DNA from: Myxococcota bacterium
GTDB taxonomy: Bacteria > Myxococcota_A > SURF-8
DNA: 64,000 bases
Direction: 5' to 3'
Assembly: GCA_963674735.2 (NCBI GenBank)
Contig: CAXXQS010000002.1
Coordinates: 1,024,001 to 1,088,000 of the forward strand
A model generated the notes under the pieces. That model did not search any database and had not been told where the DNA came from. It worked only from the letters and a program-made list of their open reading frames with translations. The position numbers were made by a program, and so were the translations under genes. How positions within the stretch are numbered: the first letter of the stretch is position 1; every line of letters begins with the position of its first letter. Shown here piece by piece: positions 58,988 through 64,000 of this stretch.

Positions 58988-61900
58988 TTAGTTAAAATCA
59001 TGGGGGTTTTTGTTAGCATAACCCGCCAGCTCTTGCAAGATGTTTTTTGCCGCCATAATGGGCTCGGCCAACTCCGGCCCCGCGAAGCGACACGCCAGTT
59101 TCATGTCCGGCGTCAGACGGAAGCGCCGAGGGTCGCGCGTAACCATTCCCACCGCCACATCGGGGTCGAGAACACAAGCTTCGCCCAGATTGACCGACAT
59201 GCGCGCAGGCGTCAAGTCGATTCCCTCGGCGTTGATCTGTCGCAGCAGAATTTTCAACTCGATGGCCCGCACGAGGTGCTGGGCCTCGACGGGCGGACGC
59301 CCGAAGCGGTCTTCCATTTCCTCGCGGATCTCCAAGAGCGCTTCCTCGGAAGCGGAAGACGATAAACGCTTGTAAAAATGCAGCCTTTGGGCGGTATCGG
59401 GGATGTAGGTATTGGGCAGAAAGGCCGCCAGGTGCAGGTTGATCTGGGGTTCCACCTGGTTTCTGGCTGCCTCACCCTTGAGTTCGCGTACCGCCTCCTC
59501 GATCAATTCCAGGTACAAATCGATCCCCACGGCGGTAATCTGCCCGGATTGCTGTTTGCCCAGAATGTTGCCCGCACCCCGGATTTCCAGGTCGTGCGTA
59601 GCGATACGGAACCCCGATCCCAGTTCGGTATGACGCATCAGAGCCGCCAGCCGCTTCTGGGCATCCTTGGTGAGATTATCCGGGGACGGCACCAGCAGAT
59701 AGGCGTAGGCTCGCTCCTTGCCGCGTCCGACGCGGCCGCGTAGCTGATAGAGCTGGGCCAGACCGAAGGTATCGGCACGGTTGACGATCATGGTGTTGAC
59801 GCTCGGGATATCGATCCCCGACTCGATGATGGTGGTGCTCACGAGCACGTTGGTGCGGCGCTGGATGAAGTCGAGCATCACGCTTTCGAGCTGGTGCTCG
59901 CTCATCTGACCATGGGCGACCGAGACGCGCGCCTGGGGCACGAGCCGCTTGATCAGCGTGGCCATGGCCCCGATCGAACCGATGCGATTGTGGATGAAAT
60001 AAACCTGCCCGCCGCGCCTCAATTCGGCGGCCACCGCCTCGCCGATGACTTCCTCGTCGAATTTCGAGATGAAGGTGCGGATGGACAGGCGGTCGTTGGG
60101 CGGGGTTTTGATGACGGAAATATCCCGCACCCCCGAAAACGCCATATTGAGCGTTCTGGGAATGGGAGTGGCCGTGAGCGTGAGGACATCCACGTTCTTG
60201 CGCATGGCCTTGATGCGCTCCTTGTGGGCGACGCCGAAACGCTGCTCCTCGTCCACCACCAGCAGGCCCAGATCGGCGAATTCCATATCCTTGGACAAAA
60301 TCCGGTGAGTCCCGATGATGATGTCGATCTTGCCCTCTTTGAGCTTTTTCAACGACTCGCGCTGTTGCTTGGCCGTTTTGAAGCGCGAAATGGAATCGAT
60401 AACGACCGGGTAGTCCTTGAAGCGTTCGGTGAAGGTTTCGGCATGCTGAAGGGCCAAAACGGTGGTGGGGACCAATACCGCCACCTGCTTGTTGTCGAGC
60501 GCGGCTTTCATGGCGGCGCGGATGGCGACTTCGGTCTTGCCGAAGCCCACGTCGCCGCAGACCAGCCGGTCCATCGCCTTGGGCTTCTGCATGTCGCGCA
60601 AAACCTCTTTGATGGCGCGTTCCTGGTCCGGGGTTTCCTCGTAGGGGAAAGTGGCTTCGAACTCGTGAAAATAGCTGTCGGGGGACGAAAAGGCGTGGCC
60701 CATGGTGATCTTACGGGCCGCGTAAAGCTTGAGCAACTCTTCGGCCATTTCGCGAATCGCGGCTTTGACACGCGCTTTAAGTTTGAGCCAGCGCGTACCG
60801 CCCATGCGGTCGAGTTGCGGAATCGCCCCTTCGGCGGAGGAATACTTCTGGACCTTGTCAAGCCGGGTGACGGGCAGGTAAAGCTTGTCGCCGGCCAGGT
60901 ATTCGATGTACAGGTAATCGTTGACCGCGCCCCCCGCTTCCAGTTGCTCAAGCCCGCGATAAACACCCACCCCGAACTCGATATGGACGATGAAATCGCC
61001 CTCGTTGATATCGTCCAGGCTGGTGAGAAAGGCCTCTTTGTCCAGGGAAACGGTTTTGGCGCGCCGTCGTTTGCGTTCACCGAAGATCTCTTCTTCGCAC
61101 AGGAAAACGGCTTTTTCAGCGGGCCATATTTGTCCGCGCCGCAGGGGACCGACCACCAGGTTGACCTGGTCGTTGTGGACATCCGAGACGTCGCGCCAGA
61201 CTTCGGGAAAGGGCTTGTCCCAGCGCAGCAGGCGTAACCGATGGGGTTCGAGCAGATCGCGCAGACGATCGGCCTGGGGCTCGGTATTGGCGACCAGAAA
61301 GACTTTGTAACCCTGCTCGACCCAGTTTTGGAAACGCCGGATCAACGGCTCCAGCACTTCGGCCCGACCCCGCCGCAAGGAGAGTTCCTGCTTGAGTTCT
61401 TCGTGGTTGTCCCAGGCAAACTGCACCGCCGGTTCCCCGCCCCCCACACCGAAACGCAAATGGTACGACTCGACCCGTCCCATGTGCATGCGCCGGGCGG
61501 CCACATCCTCGGGCGGCAGGGTATACGCTTCCGGCGGCAGAAGCAGGTCGTCGTCCCGGTCCCGTTCTTCCCACTGAACCCGCAGGCGGTCGAAGTGCTG
61601 GACGAGAGCCGCGTCCACGGCCGCCGGGTTGTCGATCACCAAACGCGTATCGGCGGACAGATACGCAAACAGCGGGGCCATTTCCTCATAGAACAGGGGT
61701 AGATACGGATCGAGCTCGTGCGTGTAAAGCCCTTCGCGCAGATCGGTCAGCGCGTTCATCAGACGACGATCGAGACTGCCCTGGTCGCGGGCCAGTTTTT
61801 CGATCTTTTCGGCGCCACGCCGACGGATGCTTTCTTCCAGTACCACTTCGCGCACCGGCGGAATATAAGCCTCTTCCAGGTGTCGCCGCGATTTCTGGGT

Positions 61901-62566
61901 GGCGGGATCGAACAGGCGCAGCGATTCGAGGGTGTCGCCCAAGAACTCCAAGCGCAACGGATGGCTGTAAAGCGGTGAAAAGACATCGATAATGCCGCCG
62001 CGCGCCGAAAAAGTCCCCGGATCCTCCACGATGGGCGAAGTCACATAACCGCCCGCCGCCAGGTTGCGCAAGAGGTCATGCCGGTCGATATCGGCCCCCG
62101 CCAGAATGTACTCGGTGGCGGTTGTGAGAACCCGCTTGGGCAGGGTGCGGCGCATCAGGCCCCAGGCCGTGGTAATGACGATCGGGGGGCGGAAGGGTTG
62201 CGACAAACTATAGAGGGTGGCCAATCGCTCCATCAAACGCGCCCGCGAGGGCGTCAGTTTGCGGCTTTCATAGGGGCTCAATTCGTCGGGAAGCAAGGGG
62301 GCGACCAGACGTTCGCCCAGGAAATCCGGGTCGTCATCCTCACGGCCCAGAAAGAAACGTAAACTGCGCTGAAGCTCTCGGGCGTCCTCTTCTTCCGCCA
62401 CCACGACCAGCAGAGGATGGCCGGTCTGACGACGCAGGTCCGCCACGAGCGCCGCACGGGCGGGCCCCATCACCCCCTCCAACTCGATCGCCTGATCGAG
62501 CCAGCGTACCGGCAGAGCTTCTGTCACGGAAGACAGAAACGCCGGGCCGGTTTTGCGCGTATTCAT
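58988..62566 (-). CDS. mfd: Transcription-repair coupling factor
   Basis: RGGIIDVF, CGDVGFGKTE, DEEQRFGV, ATPIPRT, QLRGRVGR, DLEIRGAG. Confidence 0.97.
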   Translation of the reverse strand: MNTRKTGPAFLSSVTEALPVRWLDQAIELEGVMGPARAALVADLRRQTGHPLLVVVAEEEDARELQRSLRFFLGREDDDPDFLGERLVAPLLPDELSPYESRKLTPSRARLMERLATLYSLSQPFRPPIVITTAWGLMRRTLPKRVLTTATEYILAGADIDRHDLLRNLAAGGYVTSPIVEDPGTFSARGGIIDVFSPLYSHPLRLEFLGDTLESLRLFDPATQKSRRHLEEAYIPPVREVVLEESIRRRGAEKIEKLARDQGSLDRRLMNALTDLREGLYTHELDPYLPLFYEEMAPLFAYLSADTRLVIDNPAAVDAALVQHFDRLRVQWEERDRDDDLLLPPEAYTLPPEDVAARRMHMGRVESYHLRFGVGGGEPAVQFAWDNHEELKQELSLRRGRAEVLEPLIRRFQNWVEQGYKVFLVANTEPQADRLRDLLEPHRLRLLRWDKPFPEVWRDVSDVHNDQVNLVVGPLRRGQIWPAEKAVFLCEEEIFGERKRRRAKTVSLDKEAFLTSLDDINEGDFIVHIEFGVGVYRGLEQLEAGGAVNDYLYIEYLAGDKLYLPVTRLDKVQKYSSAEGAIPQLDRMGGTRWLKLKARVKAAIREMAEELLKLYAARKITMGHAFSSPDSYFHEFEATFPYEETPDQERAIKEVLRDMQKPKAMDRLVCGDVGFGKTEVAIRAAMKAALDNKQVAVLVPTTVLALQHAETFTERFKDYPVVIDSISRFKTAKQQRESLKKLKEGKIDIIIGTHRILSKDMEFADLGLLVVDEEQRFGVAHKERIKAMRKNVDVLTLTATPIPRTLNMAFSGVRDISVIKTPPNDRLSIRTFISKFDEEVIGEAVAAELRRGGQVYFIHNRIGSIGAMATLIKRLVPQARVSVAHGQMSEHQLESVMLDFIQRRTNVLVSTTIIESGIDIPSVNTMIVNRADTFGLAQLYQLRGRVGRGKERAYAYLLVPSPDNLTKDAQKRLAALMRHTELGSGFRIATHDLEIRGAGNILGKQQSGQITAVGIDLYLELIEEAVRELKGEAARNQVEPQINLHLAAFLPNTYIPDTAQRLHFYKRLSSSASEEALLEIREEMEDRFGRPPVEAQHLVRAIELKILLRQINAEGIDLTPARMSVNLGEACVLDPDVAVGMVTRDPRRFRLTPDMKLACRFAGPELAEPIMAAKNILQELAGYANKNPHDFN

Positions 62567-62656
62567 GGAAACTCCCTTGTCGATTTCGCGCAAATAGCCC
62601 TCCGGTTATAGAAAAGCACGGCGATGGTGTCAAGGTTGTTAGGGAAAGGCAGGGCG

Positions 62657-62829
62657 TTTCAATTCTGATTGAGTCTCGAATAATCTTCGATAGATGATGG
62701 GTGGCACGGGCTAAACCGTCAGGTTTGCCCGTGAAAACAGCATGGGCAAGCCAAAGGCTTGGCCCATGGCACCCCGTAAACCGAAGTATCGTGGGTGGAA
62801 AACGGTGAAAAGCTTAGAAGTGAAACGCC
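62657..62829. repeat. Dispersed 173-bp palindromic element, copy 2
   Basis: Matches 29193-29365 at constant offset 33464. Confidence 0.9.
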
Positions 62830-63038
62830 GTGGGGAAAAGAAGACGGGTTCGTGGATTCGCGGGGCTCCTGCGTGTTTTTTCCCTCTGCCTTTGCTGGAA
62901 CTGTTTTCATTTCAAGTATGACAACCATGTCGCAATTTTTCCAGGGCCACCTTGTTTTCCTTTACTTTTTTACCTAAGTCGGATAACGTTTGAGTCGTTG
63001 GTAGGACAATTATTTCATAAATATGAAGCGCGGGCAAA

Positions 63039-64000
63039 ATGATCGGCCAACGCGTAGAGAAATATACGATTCGCGAAGAAATCGGCCAGGGCGGGATGGC
63101 CGTGGTCTATCGGGCGGAAGACAGCGTCTTGAAACGCGATGTGGCGATCAAGATCCTGCACCCGCATCTCATGCGCCAGGAGGCCGCCGTCGAACGTTTC
63201 CGCCGAGAAGCGGTGACCGTCGCCCGCCTGCAACACCCGAACATTATCGAAATCTACGATTACTCCGGCGAAAATTCGGCCCAGCTCTTCATCGTTACCG
63301 AGCTGATCGACGGCGTTACGCTGGCGGAATTCATGGCTTCGCGCGATCCGCTGCCCTGCGAGTTGGTGGCCTGCCTGGGCTTGGAGCTGTGCCAGGCACT
63401 CGACCACGCGCATAAACAAGGCATCGTGCATCGCGACCTCAAACCCGAAAACGTCATGATCCGACGCGACGGGAAGGTCAAGCTGATGGATTTCGGCATC
63501 GCCCGTGCCCTCGAAGGCGCGTCGATGACCATGACCGGATCGATCCTGGGATCGCCCGCCTTCATGTCGCCGGAGCACATTGCCGGAAAGGACGTAGACG
63601 CCCGCTCCGATCTCTTTTCGCTAGGCAGCATCTTATATTACATGGCAACCGGTGTTCTGCCGTTCTCCGGACGCAACCCGGCAGAAACATTAAAGAAAGT
63701 TTCAGAAAGTCGGGTGGCGCCGGCCCAGGCCGTCAATCCCACCATCAGCAATCGTTTCGGACGCATCCTGGATCGCCTGTTGCAAGTCGATCCAACCCAG
63801 CGCTATGCCTCGGCCTCCGATCTTTGCTGCGATCTGGAAGAATTGACGCGCCAGTCCGGTATCGTCCGGCCCGCCGAAGAAGTCCATCACCTGTTTGCCG
63901 ATCCCGACCACTATCCGGCGGTTTTCATTACCCGCATCATGGCCGATCTGGAAAAACAGGCCGAGGCTTCCCTGCGCAAAGCTCCGGCACTCGCCATGCA
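63039..64000 (+). CDS. Ser/Thr protein kinase (runs off the window end)
   Basis: Read manually: MIGQRVEKY..IGQGGMAVVY, VAIK, HRDLKPEN, DFG, GSPAFMSPE. Confidence 0.92.
   Translation, partial: MIGQRVEKYTIREEIGQGGMAVVYRAEDSVLKRDVAIKILHPHLMRQEAAVERFRREAVTVARLQHPNIIEIYDYSGENSAQLFIVTELIDGVTLAEFMASRDPLPCELVACLGLELCQALDHAHKQGIVHRDLKPENVMIRRDGKVKLMDFGIARALEGASMTMTGSILGSPAFMSPEHIAGKDVDARSDLFSLGSILYYMATGVLPFSGRNPAETLKKVSESRVAPAQAVNPTISNRFGRILDRLLQVDPTQRYASASDLCCDLEELTRQSGIVRPAEEVHHLFADPDHYPAVFITRIMADLEKQAEASLRKAPALAM

Overview
GC-rich bacterial chromosomal segment. Gene content suggests a Myxococcota/Deltaproteobacteria-like organism (inference from Hanks kinases, a MYXO-CTERM-like tail and the mfd-PPIase-surA-pdxA block). 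Housekeeping genes include thyX-purL-purQ-purN-like, rsmI, yraN, mtnA, lhgO, TetR-etfBA, mobB, uvrB, uvrA and mfd. There is also a five-gene putative lipid synthesis/export operon whose MMPL gene carries a 1-bp frameshift, plus several lipoproteins with acidic DGD repeats. The standout is a complete IS110 element (about 49042-50219, minus strand) inserted at an AG/CT core inside a GTAG-type REP palindrome. Its upstream non-coding end reads directly as an IS621-type bridge RNA, with target guides matching the REP and donor guides matching the circle junction. The junction rebuilds a TTGACA-N17-TATTAT promoter. The left end also carries an unusual 16-bp inverted copy of the donor site. Other repeats are a 402-bp-period tandem duplication of stacked palindromes and a 173-bp element present twice, 33 kb apart. 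No rRNA, tRNA or CRISPR array was recognised. All calls are from reading the sequence by eye; no database searches were run.
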